Part shown: piece by piece, positions 1 through 8,902 of the stretch
Layout: each line of letters opens with the position of its first letter
How positions within the stretch are numbered: the first letter of the stretch is position 1
Assembly (NCBI GenBank): GCA_903876795.1
Contig: CAIRBK010000097.1
Location: forward strand, 17,012 to 81,011
Direction: 5' to 3'
DNA length: 64,000 nucleotides
Source of the DNA: an uncultured Verrucomicrobiota bacterium
Lineage (GTDB): Bacteria; Verrucomicrobiota; Verrucomicrobiia; Opitutales; Opitutaceae
Position numbers and translations under genes: made by a program
Notes under the pieces: generated by a model
What the model was told of the DNA's origin: nothing
Database searches by the model: none
What the model saw: only the letters and a program-made list of their open reading frames with translations

Positions 1-142
1 TAAAAGAATGCGCGTTAATCGCCTATCGAGGCCCCTCCTCAGACCCACCCACGCCGTTACCTCATGCGCCACCTAGGGCATACACCAGGCGCGTCCCGAA
101 ATCACCCTACACAGCCAGGCAAACACCCTAGGTGCACCGGGA

Positions 143-1093
143 TTACACCGCGACTTCCTGACGGGCCCGCTCAGCCAGAACCGTTGAAAGATAACGCTCT
201 CCAAAGCTGCATCCGACCGTAACTATCACCTTGCCTTCAAATTCTTTACGTTTTGCGACTTGCAGGGCGGCCCAGACGTTTGCCCCCGTGGAAATACCGC
301 CCAATATCCCATCCTGGAGCGCCAGCTGTCGGGCGGTCTCCAAGGCGTTTTCGTCGCTCACGGTGAGCACCTCGTCGATAATCGCCGTGTTGCAATTACG
401 GGGGATAAAACCGGCTCCGATGCCTTGTATCAGGTGGCGTCCAGGCTTGCCTCCCGACAAGACCGGACTGGCGCTGGGCTCCACCGCGATGCTGCGCATT
501 TCCCTGCGGGCCTTGATGACCTCGGAAACGCCGGTGATCGTGCCTCCCGTGCCCACGCCGGCCACGAACACGTCGATCTTCCCGCCGGTGGCCGACCATA
601 TTTCCTCGGCCGTGGTGCGCCGGTGCGCCTCGGGATTGGCCGGGTTTTCAAATTGCTGGGGCATGAAGGCGCGCTCCCCGTGCAGGGCCAGAATCTCGGT
701 CGCCTTGCGAATCGCCCCGGGCATACCCTCCGCGCCGGGCGTGAGCACGATCTCCGCCCCGAGCATGCGCAGGAGCACGCGGCGCTCGACCGACATGGTC
801 TCGGGCATTGTCAGGATCAATTTGTATCCACGTTGTGCGCACACAAACGCCAGGGCGATTCCGGTATTGCCCGATGTCGGCTCCACAACCACCGCGCCGG
901 CCCGTAGCCTCCCTTCGCGTTCGGCCGCCTCGATCATGGCGCGACCGATTCGGTCCTTCACGCTGGAGAGCGGATTGAAAAACTCGGCCTTCAGGTAGAT
1001 CGAGGCCGGCACCCCGGCGGCGATGCGGTTAAGCCGGATCAACGGTGTCTGCCCGATGGTGGCTACGATGTCGGTGTAGAGGGTCGCGGACAT
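143..1093 (-). CDS. cysK: Cysteine synthase A (O-acetylserine sulfhydrylase)
   Basis: 316 aa; PLP-lysine motif [22 protein letters not shown] and QGIGAG motifs. Confidence 0.95.
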   Translation of the reverse strand: MSATLYTDIVATIGQTPLIRLNRIAAGVPASIYLKAEFFNPLSSVKDRIGRAMIEAAEREGRLRAGAVVVEPTSGNTGIALAFVCAQRGYKLILTMPETMSVERRVLLRMLGAEIVLTPGAEGMPGAIRKATEILALHGERAFMPQQFENPANPEAHRRTTAEEIWSATGGKIDVFVAGVGTGGTITGVSEVIKARREMRSIAVEPSASPVLSGGKPGRHLIQGIGAGFIPRNCNTAIIDEVLTVSDENALETARQLALQDGILGGISTGANVWAALQVAKRKEFEGKVIVTVGCSFGERYLSTVLAERARQEVAV

Positions 1094-1117
1094 GCCGCGA
1101 TTGAAACCGGCGTTACC

Positions 1118-2344
1118 TCAGCCGGGCAAGATAATCGCGTCGGCGATGCGGCGGCCGCTCTCCATCGCGCCCTGGATCGAAGCCGACGACAAATGGTCGC
1201 CGCACGCCCACAAGCCCGCGCCCGCCTGAGCCGCAGCCTCAGGTCGCGGTGAGGAAACGACCGGCAGGGCCCGGGGCACGCGCACCATCCTCAGCAGGCA
1301 CCAGGCGCGGGCGTCAAAGCCCCATTGTTCGGTCAATTCGTCCCGAACGAGCGCAGCGAGGTGTTCGTCCGCCTCATCGGCAAGGCCGAGAAACGTGACT
1401 GAAACCAGCGCCCGACCGGGGGGCGCGTAGGTCGGCGCCACGTTGCTCAATACCACGAGGTTGTTGACACGCCCTCGGCCGGTTCCGTTCAGGCACAGCG
1501 TCGCCTCATCCACCGGACTGTGTTCCGCCGAGAAATAAAGCGCGACCGTGGACCGCCATGCGGAGTGAGCGGCCCCCCCGTGGAACGGGATGTCCGCGCA
1601 TGCCACAACGACATGCCGGGCCGGCAAAAACTCGCCTGACGCCAAGAGCACGCCACCAGATTCTGGTGACGATACCCGCGTGTTCAGTCGCACGGTTCCC
1701 GGCGGGAGCCCGGCGGCCAGTTGCTCGGGGATGGCCTGCATCCCCAGGGCCGGCACCGCCGCGGAGCCTTCGGCAAACATGCGAAACACAAACTCCATCA
1801 TGCGGCTGGATTCATCCAGATCCCGATCCAGAAAAATCCCGCCCAACCACGGGCGCAGGAAGGTATCTATCATCGTCGGGCCAAAGCCATGCCCCCGCAG
1901 TGCCGCCAGTGCCGTTGTCTCCGGCCGGGCCCAGAGTTTCTCCAACGAACCGCTGCACGCACGGGACCGCAGCGTGGCGATGCGCAACTTGTCGGCCAGC
2001 GTGCCCACCGGAGCACGCAGCGTCGCCCACAGTTGAGAGGGCCGGCGAAACGGATCTGAAACCCGATGAAGGCCGGACGGAGTCCGCACCAACGCACCTG
2101 GGTTAAACTCCTGCAAATCGAGCGCTTCGTAGTCGAGCCATCGCCGCGCTTCAGGATACGCGGTGAGCAGGACCTGAAATCCCCGGTCCAGCCGGAAACC
2201 ATCCACCACATCGGTACGCACACGGCCGCCGACGGCATCGGCGGCCTCCAGCACCAGGCAAGTCCGGCCCGCCTCTTGCAGGCGGCGGGCGCAGGTAAGC
2301 CCGGCCAGTCCGGCGCCGATGATTATGACTTCCGCAGAACTCAT
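1118..2344 (-). CDS. FAD-dependent oxidoreductase (flavin amine oxidase/protoporphyrinogen oxidase-like)
   Basis: N-terminal IIIGAGLAGL dinucleotide fold, GGRVRTD, LDRGFQV, C-terminal CGD..SIQGAMESG; start moved to MSSAEV, which overlaps the upstream stop (ATGA). Confidence 0.8.
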   Translation of the reverse strand: MSSAEVIIIGAGLAGLTCARRLQEAGRTCLVLEAADAVGGRVRTDVVDGFRLDRGFQVLLTAYPEARRWLDYEALDLQEFNPGALVRTPSGLHRVSDPFRRPSQLWATLRAPVGTLADKLRIATLRSRACSGSLEKLWARPETTALAALRGHGFGPTMIDTFLRPWLGGIFLDRDLDESSRMMEFVFRMFAEGSAAVPALGMQAIPEQLAAGLPPGTVRLNTRVSSPESGGVLLASGEFLPARHVVVACADIPFHGGAAHSAWRSTVALYFSAEHSPVDEATLCLNGTGRGRVNNLVVLSNVAPTYAPPGRALVSVTFLGLADEADEHLAALVRDELTEQWGFDARAWCLLRMVRVPRALPVVSSPRPEAAAQAGAGLWACGDHLSSASIQGAMESGRRIADAIILPG

Positions 2345-3300
2345 TGCCTTGGGACCAGGCATCCGGCCACTTTGCGGGCCAGCGCCAAACCCGACAAGGA
2401 CGCGCCTTCGATCTTGGGGCCGCCAAACGCATCGCCCGCAAAACCCAGACCGAACTCCGGCAACCACACGCAAGTCTCGGAATGCGTCGTTTTTGGTTCG
2501 CTGAACTTCCAGCGATGAACCGTGGCCGAGACAACCGGCGCCCCCAGCAAAGGCTCCAAGGACGGCAGCAGCATCTCGGCGATTTCCGCCTCGGTCCGGC
2601 CATAGTTGGCCTCTGAAAATTGGATTGATGCGTGGATGGTCACCGCAGCGGGCGTGTTTTGCGCCAGCCCTTTTTTAACGTTGTCGGCCAGCCAACGCAC
2701 CGGACCGTCGTTGAAGGCAACGCCATCCACCGGCACCAAACTAGGCCCGGAAAGAACCGCCAGCAACGCTATGCACGGGTGGTAGGAAAGCCCCTGTAAC
2801 GACTCCGCCACGCCGCCTGGCAGGGAAAACTCTCCGGCATGCAGCAAAGCCAGCGCCTGCGGCACCGGGCAGGTGAACAAGACCCGCGCGGCCTGCATGA
2901 TCCCTTCGTTCTCGATATCGATCTCCCAGCCGCCGGAGGCATGACGATGAGCGCGCGTCACCTTGTGTTCGCGCAAAATCTCCAGACCTTCCGCCAGCGC
3001 TTTCGGGACCGCCGTCATGCTTGGCCTGCCAACCCAGCGGCGATGGTTCGTTTCAGGCCAATTCACAACCAAGCCCTGGCGGTGCCAATCCTCGACCAGC
3101 CCGACAAAGGCCGGATCACGGGCCGTTAAAAATTGCGCACCTTGATCAAAGAGCGTCTCCCCCACCCGTTTGGTCGCCATGCGACCGCCGTAACCGCGGC
3201 TTTTCTCCAGCACCACCACCGTCGCGCCCGAGGCGGCCAGCGAACGTGCGAGCAGCAAGCCCGAGATACCTGCGCCGATGATGACCGTGGTGTTGTTCAT
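2341..3300 (-). CDS. Renalase-like NAD/FAD-dependent oxidoreductase
   Basis: IIGAGISG, EKSRGYGGRMATKR, FDQGAQF, HRWKFS and AGDAF..IEGA.LSG motifs typical of bacterial renalase-like proteins. Confidence 0.85.
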   Translation of the reverse strand: MNNTTVIIGAGISGLLLARSLAASGATVVVLEKSRGYGGRMATKRVGETLFDQGAQFLTARDPAFVGLVEDWHRQGLVVNWPETNHRRWVGRPSMTAVPKALAEGLEILREHKVTRAHRHASGGWEIDIENEGIMQAARVLFTCPVPQALALLHAGEFSLPGGVAESLQGLSYHPCIALLAVLSGPSLVPVDGVAFNDGPVRWLADNVKKGLAQNTPAAVTIHASIQFSEANYGRTEAEIAEMLLPSLEPLLGAPVVSATVHRWKFSEPKTTHSETCVWLPEFGLGFAGDAFGGPKIEGASLSGLALARKVAGCLVPRQ

Positions 3301-4700
3301 GGATGAGTCAACGATGCCCGGCCCAGTCCGGCGCGCAATGCGTCCTCAAGGTTTTCGTGGCGGAAACCATAGTGAGCCTCTTTCAGCACTCCAGGCAGCA
3401 CCCGCGTGCTCGCCAGCAACAGTTCATCCGCCATCTCACCGAGCGCCAAACGCAGCGCGACTTTCGGCGCAGGCAACAGGGCGGGCCGGCGCAAAACCCG
3501 CGCCAGCGTCCGGGTAAACTCCGCGTTGGTCATGGGATTCGGCGCGACTGCGTTGACCGGCCCCCGGCAACGCTGGTCGAGGACCGCGTGGTAAATGGCG
3601 CCCACCAGATCATCCAGCGATATCCAGCTCATGCACATGCGACCGTCGCCCAGGCGTCCGCCAAGGCCGGCCTTGAACAGCGGCAGCAGCCGGGCAAGCG
3701 CGCCGCCCGCCGGGGTGAGCACCACTCCGGTGCGCAGGGTAACCACGCGCACGCCCAACGCCTCTGCCGCGACCGCCGCCTTTTCCCAGTCAATGCAGAC
3801 ATCGGCCAAATAACCGGCGCCCGTTGCGGAGTCCTCCTTGAGCATCTCGTCTCCGCGATCCCCATACACGCCGATGGCCGAGGCCGAGATCAAAACGAAC
3901 GGCCGATGTCTTTCGTTTCGCACCGCCCCGATCGCTGATACGAGCGTCCGCGTGCCGTCCACCCGGCTGCGCAGGATTTCCTGCTTGCGCGCCGCCGACC
4001 AGCGGGCGTCGGCGATGCCTGCCCCGGAGAGATTCACAATGACATCCACGTCCCTCAGCGCGCCCGGGGCGATTTCTCCAGTAGCGGGATTCCAAAACAC
4101 CTCGTCAGGCGCCGCCGTCGCCCGCCTCACCAACCGGACCACCGTGTGACCCTGTGTTGTTAAAAACGCGGTCAAGGAACGTCCGACCAGGCCCGACGAT
4201 CCGGCGATCAGGAATGTCATCGGCCTGACCGAAAGGTAACGCGCCGCCCCCTCGATATCCGCCTTGGTGATCGCGTGACGATAAGTGAAAAGCCGCTCCA
4301 ATTCGCCCCGGACAAACCCTCGGCCGAGACGACCGAAAGGCCCGAACGGCAGCCGGTAGGTGATCGCATCGGTGAGCACGCAGGCGCGCCCGTCCTCGAC
4401 CGACTCCACGCGATGGAGGTGTTCCCAGCGCGCGAAGGGCCCCCGCAACTGCACGTCACGAAACTGCACCCCCTCGACATAGTCGCGATGCTCCACATCC
4501 CAGCGCGCCCACACCGGTCCGATACGGGCGAGCAAGCTTACCTTCGCACCGTCGCGAATGCCGCCACTGCGGGCAAGCAACCGCAGCTTTTGCCAAGGCG
4601 GCGCGAGGCGTTCAAAGGCGCCTGGCCGTTCGTGCCAGGAAAAGACTTCGGCGGCGGGTCTTGAGATGCGCAGGCTGCGCGTAAAGGTGAAATCACTCAT
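3297..4700 (-). CDS. SRPBCC domain fused to TIGR01777-family NAD-dependent epimerase-like protein
   Basis: N-terminal SRPBCC-like region (FSWHERPGAFERLAPPW..FRDVQLRGPF..WEHLH) then AGSSGLVG, SASAIGVYG, WISLDD, GPVNAVAP; start moved to MSDFTF. Confidence 0.85.
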   Translation of the reverse strand: MSDFTFTRSLRISRPAAEVFSWHERPGAFERLAPPWQKLRLLARSGGIRDGAKVSLLARIGPVWARWDVEHRDYVEGVQFRDVQLRGPFARWEHLHRVESVEDGRACVLTDAITYRLPFGPFGRLGRGFVRGELERLFTYRHAITKADIEGAARYLSVRPMTFLIAGSSGLVGRSLTAFLTTQGHTVVRLVRRATAAPDEVFWNPATGEIAPGALRDVDVIVNLSGAGIADARWSAARKQEILRSRVDGTRTLVSAIGAVRNERHRPFVLISASAIGVYGDRGDEMLKEDSATGAGYLADVCIDWEKAAVAAEALGVRVVTLRTGVVLTPAGGALARLLPLFKAGLGGRLGDGRMCMSWISLDDLVGAIYHAVLDQRCRGPVNAVAPNPMTNAEFTRTLARVLRRPALLPAPKVALRLALGEMADELLLASTRVLPGVLKEAHYGFRHENLEDALRAGLGRASLTHP

Positions 4701-4843
4701 TTCGTGGCCCGCCCCTTTCGCAGCCGGCAGCCCTCGGAGCAATACTTCACCTCGTCCCATACCTTTTCCCATTTCTTGCGCCATGCGAAGGGACGCCCGC
4801 AAACCACGCAGGTTTTTTCCGGCAGATCGGACTTTTTTCGCAT
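4697..4843 (-). CDS. DUF2256-like small cysteine protein
   Basis: 48 aa MRKKSDLPEKTCVVCGRPFAWRKKW..VKYCSEGCR, the C-terminal part of ORF 4697..5476; overlaps the next gene by ATGA. Confidence 0.85.
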   Translation of the reverse strand: MRKKSDLPEKTCVVCGRPFAWRKKWEKVWDEVKYCSEGCRLRKGRATK

Positions 4844-4948
4844 TTTGGTCACCGTGGTGAATCGCCCGACTAAAACTCCATTTTCCACCCAATGACAACC
4901 GGCTGGCGCATTTCCTCCGTGACCTCCACCGCCAGGACCTGTGTTCTC

Positions 4949-6091
4949 ATGCCCGCCCATATGTCCGATTCCGCTCTCATCAATCGCGCCACGCTCATCA
5001 TAGATCAAGTCTCTGCGGACTCCCCCGCCGACTACGTGCTGCGCGGAGTGCTCGGTGCCGACAAAAGCATTCCTGCGCACGAAAAGCGCGACATCTCCCG
5101 CGCGGTGTTCAGCTATTACCGCTGGCTCCACTGGCTCGACAAGGCCGCATCCACCCAAAGCAGGCTTGCCTCGGCCCTTGATCTCCAGAGCAAGTTCGAC
5201 CAGGCCCCGTCCGGCTTTAAAATCGAGACCCTCGCCGCCCGCGCGGTCCCGGAATGGCTCAAATCGGAGCTCGATCTTACGGACGGCTACCTCAGGCACC
5301 TTCAGACCGATCCCGCGCTCTGGATTCGCGTCCAGAAGGAATTCGCCGCCGCCCTGCCCCGCTCTCTCGGGAATTGCACACCGTCCGCTTCCTTCTTGGT
5401 CCCCGAGGCCCGCCGCAGCACCACCCTGCGCTACTCGGGCAACATCGATCTCTTCAAAACTCCCGAGTTTCAACAAGGCGTCTTTGAGATCCAGGATCTC
5501 TCCTCCCAGCTCGTCGGCTACGCCGCCGACCCCAAGCCGGGCGAGACCTGGTGGGACACCTGCGCGGGCGAGGGTGGCAAAACCTTACACCTCTCCGAGC
5601 TGATGGAAAACAAGGGCCTCATCTGGGCCAGCGACCGCAATACCGGTCGTATCGCCACCCTCCGCAAGCGAGCCGGACGCGCCCAGGCCTTCAACTACCG
5701 TGCCGTCACTTGGAACGGCGGCCCTTTCCTGCCCACGAAGACCAAGTTCGACGGTATCCTCGTCGACGCCCCTTGCAGCGGCGTCGGCACTTGGCAGCGC
5801 AACCCCCATGCCCGCTGGACCACCACGCCCGACGACGTGAAAGAACTGGCCGACATCCAGCTCCAACTCCTCAACCACGCGGCGCCCGCGCTCAAACCCG
5901 GCGGACGGCTCATCTACGCCGTCTGCACGCTCACCCGGAGTGAGACCACCAAGGTCGCCGACGCCTTCACCGCCGAGCATCCCGAACTTTCCTCCGACCC
6001 CGTTTTAGGCCAAGGCCCCAGGCTCCACCTGCTCCCCCACGAACTCGACGCCAACGGCATGTTTATCGCCGCGTGGAAAAAGCGCGGCTGA
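4949..6091 (+). CDS. RsmB/NOP family RNA m5C methyltransferase
   Basis: EIQDLSSQL, DTCAGEGGKT, LVDAPCSG, YAVCTL motifs. Confidence 0.9.
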   Translation: MPAHMSDSALINRATLIIDQVSADSPADYVLRGVLGADKSIPAHEKRDISRAVFSYYRWLHWLDKAASTQSRLASALDLQSKFDQAPSGFKIETLAARAVPEWLKSELDLTDGYLRHLQTDPALWIRVQKEFAAALPRSLGNCTPSASFLVPEARRSTTLRYSGNIDLFKTPEFQQGVFEIQDLSSQLVGYAADPKPGETWWDTCAGEGGKTLHLSELMENKGLIWASDRNTGRIATLRKRAGRAQAFNYRAVTWNGGPFLPTKTKFDGILVDAPCSGVGTWQRNPHARWTTTPDDVKELADIQLQLLNHAAPALKPGGRLIYAVCTLTRSETTKVADAFTAEHPELSSDPVLGQGPRLHLLPHELDANGMFIAAWKKRG

Positions 6092-6146
6092 TTTCACCGC
6101 ACCCTGCTCCTCGGGAAAACCACGTTCTCTCGTTGGTAACCTTGGC

Positions 6147-6920
6147 GTGAAACCTCCGCTCAAAATCACCTCGTCCACCGTTCGCGAGGACTTCAACGAT
6201 CCCATCGCGGTCGTTCATTACGCACGGGCGGCGCACCACCTCGGTTTGTGGAAATCCGAACGCATGCTCATTGAGCGGTTTTTCCCAGATCGCACCGCCC
6301 GACTGCTTGAAGCCGGTTGCGGGGCCGGACGCGCGACTCTCGGGTTATGGGAACTCGGCTATCACAATCTCGTCGCCTTCGATTTCGCCGAGGAGTTGGT
6401 GGATCAAGCCCGCGCACTCGCCGAGGAACGCTCCGCCAACATCCCCGTCCACCACGCCGACGCCACCACGCTCCAAACCAAGTGTCACCCAATAGGTGAC
6501 ACTTGGTTTGATGGAGCCCTTTTTTTGTTCAATGGGCTGATGCAGATTCCCGGTCGCGCTAACCGTCGGTTGGCATTGAAAAACCTGGCAGGGGTTTGCC
6601 GCGCGGGCGCGCCTTTGCTTTTCACCACTCACGACCGCGACCACTCGCGGGTGGAACGCGCCTCGTGGAAACTAGAGGCGCTCCGCTGGCAGCAGGGAAA
6701 ACAAGACCCGCGCCTGGTCGAATTTGGCGACCGCTACTTCGAGGATGACGTGGGCCGGACGTTCATGCACTTGCCCGACCGTCCCGAAATCCTCGAAGAC
6801 CTCGCCGCGACCGGGTGGGCCCACACGTTTGACGCGATGCGGCGCGACTTGGCCCGCGAATCGCGCGCCGTGGTGGAGTTCTCCGACGAATGCCGGTTCT
6901 GGGTCGCGCAACGGGTCTGA
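6147..6920 (+). CDS. Class I SAM-dependent methyltransferase
   Basis: LLEAGCGAGR motif I, VAFDFAEE, HADAT. Confidence 0.8.
   Translation: MKPPLKITSSTVREDFNDPIAVVHYARAAHHLGLWKSERMLIERFFPDRTARLLEAGCGAGRATLGLWELGYHNLVAFDFAEELVDQARALAEERSANIPVHHADATTLQTKCHPIGDTWFDGALFLFNGLMQIPGRANRRLALKNLAGVCRAGAPLLFTTHDRDHSRVERASWKLEALRWQQGKQDPRLVEFGDRYFEDDVGRTFMHLPDRPEILEDLAATGWAHTFDAMRRDLARESRAVVEFSDECRFWVAQRV
6474..6510. repeat. Perfect 16-bp inverted repeat inside the methyltransferase CDS
   Basis: CAAACCAAGTGTCACC-CAATA-GGTGACACTTGGTTTG; in frame, encodes QTKCHPIGDTWF. Confidence 0.9.
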
Positions 6921-7003
6921 CCTAGCCGCGTCGTCCCGAACTCGCAAGCGGCGGCTTGCGCATCGGGGCCCCGCCACGCAACGTGAGCGGCTCACCGCAA
7001 CCC

Positions 7004-7843
7004 ATGCCCACCTTCACCGATCGCACCTGGCTCTGGTTCGCCGCCGCGTGTTACCTCGCGGGTTTTGTGCTGGGCACCCTGGCCGTCGTCCGCGAGCGCA
7101 GGCTCTCGCGGGTGCTGATGTATTTCATCGTATCGGCCGGCTTCGCCCTGCAGACCTTTGGGCTTTATCTGCGCGGTCTCGCGGTCAAGGGATGCCCGCT
7201 GGGCAACACCTTCGAACTTTTCCAATTCATCGCCTGGTCCGCCATCTCGCTCTACTTGGTGATCGGCGCCACTTTCAGGCTCAGCCTGCTGGGTTATTTT
7301 ACGTCGGTCCTGGCGGCCATGCTGACTCTGCTTTCGTTGTCATTCCCCGCTTGGGACGCTTCCCGGCGGGTCAACATCTTTGGCGGCAACGCCTGGATCG
7401 AGTTTCACGCCGCGCTCGCGCTGTTCAGCTACGGCGTCTTCGCGCTGCTGACGCTTACCTCGCTCATGTATGCGCTCCAGGTTTTCAGCCTGAAGCGGCA
7501 CCGGCTCCACGGGCTTTTCTCTTTCCTGCCCTCGATCCGGGAACTCGATCACATCAGCCTTCGTCTGCTGGCCGCGGGAGCCGCACTGCTGACCGCATCG
7601 CTCGCGGTCGGAGCCGTGTACTGGGTCGAAGACACCTCCACCGTAAACATCACCAAACTCTCGGTCACCGTGGGCGTGTGGGCGGCCTACGTCGCGGTGC
7701 TGATTTTGCGCCTGCGCAGCCGACTGGTCGGCAAACGTCTCGCCTGGACGCTGCTCGTGCTCTTCGCCGCTGTGCTGCTTTCGCTGCCGCTGGTCGGCGG
7801 CGGTCAGGCCTCCGCCGTCGCACCGGCAGTTTCAGCGCCATGA
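7004..7843 (+). CDS. CcsA/HemX-like cytochrome c biogenesis family membrane protein
   Basis: About 8 hydrophobic helices, WIEFHAAL, GAVYW..K..VTVGVWAAY; stop overlaps the hemA start (ATGA). Confidence 0.75.
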   Translation: MPTFTDRTWLWFAAACYLAGFVLGTLAVVRERRLSRVLMYFIVSAGFALQTFGLYLRGLAVKGCPLGNTFELFQFIAWSAISLYLVIGATFRLSLLGYFTSVLAAMLTLLSLSFPAWDASRRVNIFGGNAWIEFHAALALFSYGVFALLTLTSLMYALQVFSLKRHRLHGLFSFLPSIRELDHISLRLLAAGAALLTASLAVGAVYWVEDTSTVNITKLSVTVGVWAAYVAVLILRLRSRLVGKRLAWTLLVLFAAVLLSLPLVGGGQASAVAPAVSAP

Positions 7844-8880
7844 GTTCGCCCGTGTTTTTTCTTCTGGGCGCGAGCCATCACCGGACCCCTCTGGATTTGC
7901 GCGAAAAACTCGCGCTGTCGCCCGAGCGCCTGCCGGCCTTCCACCAGACGGCATCCACGCTTCCAGGCATTCGTGAATTGGCCGTGCTCAACACCTGCAA
8001 CCGGGTCGAATTCTACGGGACCGCAGACTCGCCGGAAGCGGTCGATCGTCTGCGCGAAGCATTCTGCGGGTTTCAGGGATTCCCTGCGGGAACCTTTACG
8101 AACATCGGCAATCGTGTAGCCGGACAGGCCGCGATCGAGCACCTGCTCACCGTGGCCTCCGGCCTCGATTCCCAGATGCTCGGCGAGACGGAGATTCTTG
8201 GCCAGGTGAAGGACGCCTATGCGGCCGCGCAAGAGCGGCGAACCACCGGCCCCGTCCTCAATCGCGTTTTCCAGAAGGCGTTCCAACATGCCAAATACGT
8301 GCGCACCCACACCGCCATCACCGAGGGACAGATAAGTGTGGCCAACGTCGCGGTTGATCTGGCCATGAAGATTTTTGGAGACCTGTCCACGACACGCATT
8401 CTGCTTCTGGGCGCGGGCGAAATCGGTGAAAAAACCGCCAAGGCCTTCCAAAGTCGAGGGGCCGGGTCTCTTACCGTGGCCAGCCGCACGCTTGGCCGAG
8501 CCATGGAACTCGCCACCACGCTCGACGCCACCGCGCTCCCGTGGGAACACGTTTCCTCCCGACTCTCGGAATACTCCGTGGTGGTCGGTTCGACCGCCGC
8601 TCCCGACGTGGTGGTGACGCTGGCCGACGCTGAGGCCGCGATCAAAAAACGCTCGGCCGATCCCCTGTTCTTCATCGACCTCGCCCTGCCTCGCGACATC
8701 GACGCGGCCGTGGCGGGGCTGGACAACGTCTTCCTCTACAATCTCGACGACCTGGCGAGGATCGCCGACGAGAACCTGGCCGCGCGCGCCGCCGAGGTCG
8801 TGCATGCCCGGCGGATTGTCGCGGAGAAGGCCGCCTCCCTTTGGCGGCAGATCGAACCGCAGGCCGGCGGCGGTCTATAA
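7840..8880 (+). CDS. hemA: Glutamyl-tRNA reductase (short form)
   Basis: GASHHRTPLDLRE, LNTCNRVEFY, SGLDSQMLGETEILGQVK, GAGEIG, FIDLALPRDID; C-terminal part of ORF 6724..8880. Confidence 0.93.
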   Translation: MSSPVFFLLGASHHRTPLDLREKLALSPERLPAFHQTASTLPGIRELAVLNTCNRVEFYGTADSPEAVDRLREAFCGFQGFPAGTFTNIGNRVAGQAAIEHLLTVASGLDSQMLGETEILGQVKDAYAAAQERRTTGPVLNRVFQKAFQHAKYVRTHTAITEGQISVANVAVDLAMKIFGDLSTTRILLLGAGEIGEKTAKAFQSRGAGSLTVASRTLGRAMELATTLDATALPWEHVSSRLSEYSVVVGSTAAPDVVVTLADAEAAIKKRSADPLFFIDLALPRDIDAAVAGLDNVFLYNLDDLARIADENLAARAAEVVHARRIVAEKAASLWRQIEPQAGGGL

Positions 8881-8902
8881 GGTCAAGTCTACCGCTCCGA
8901 CC

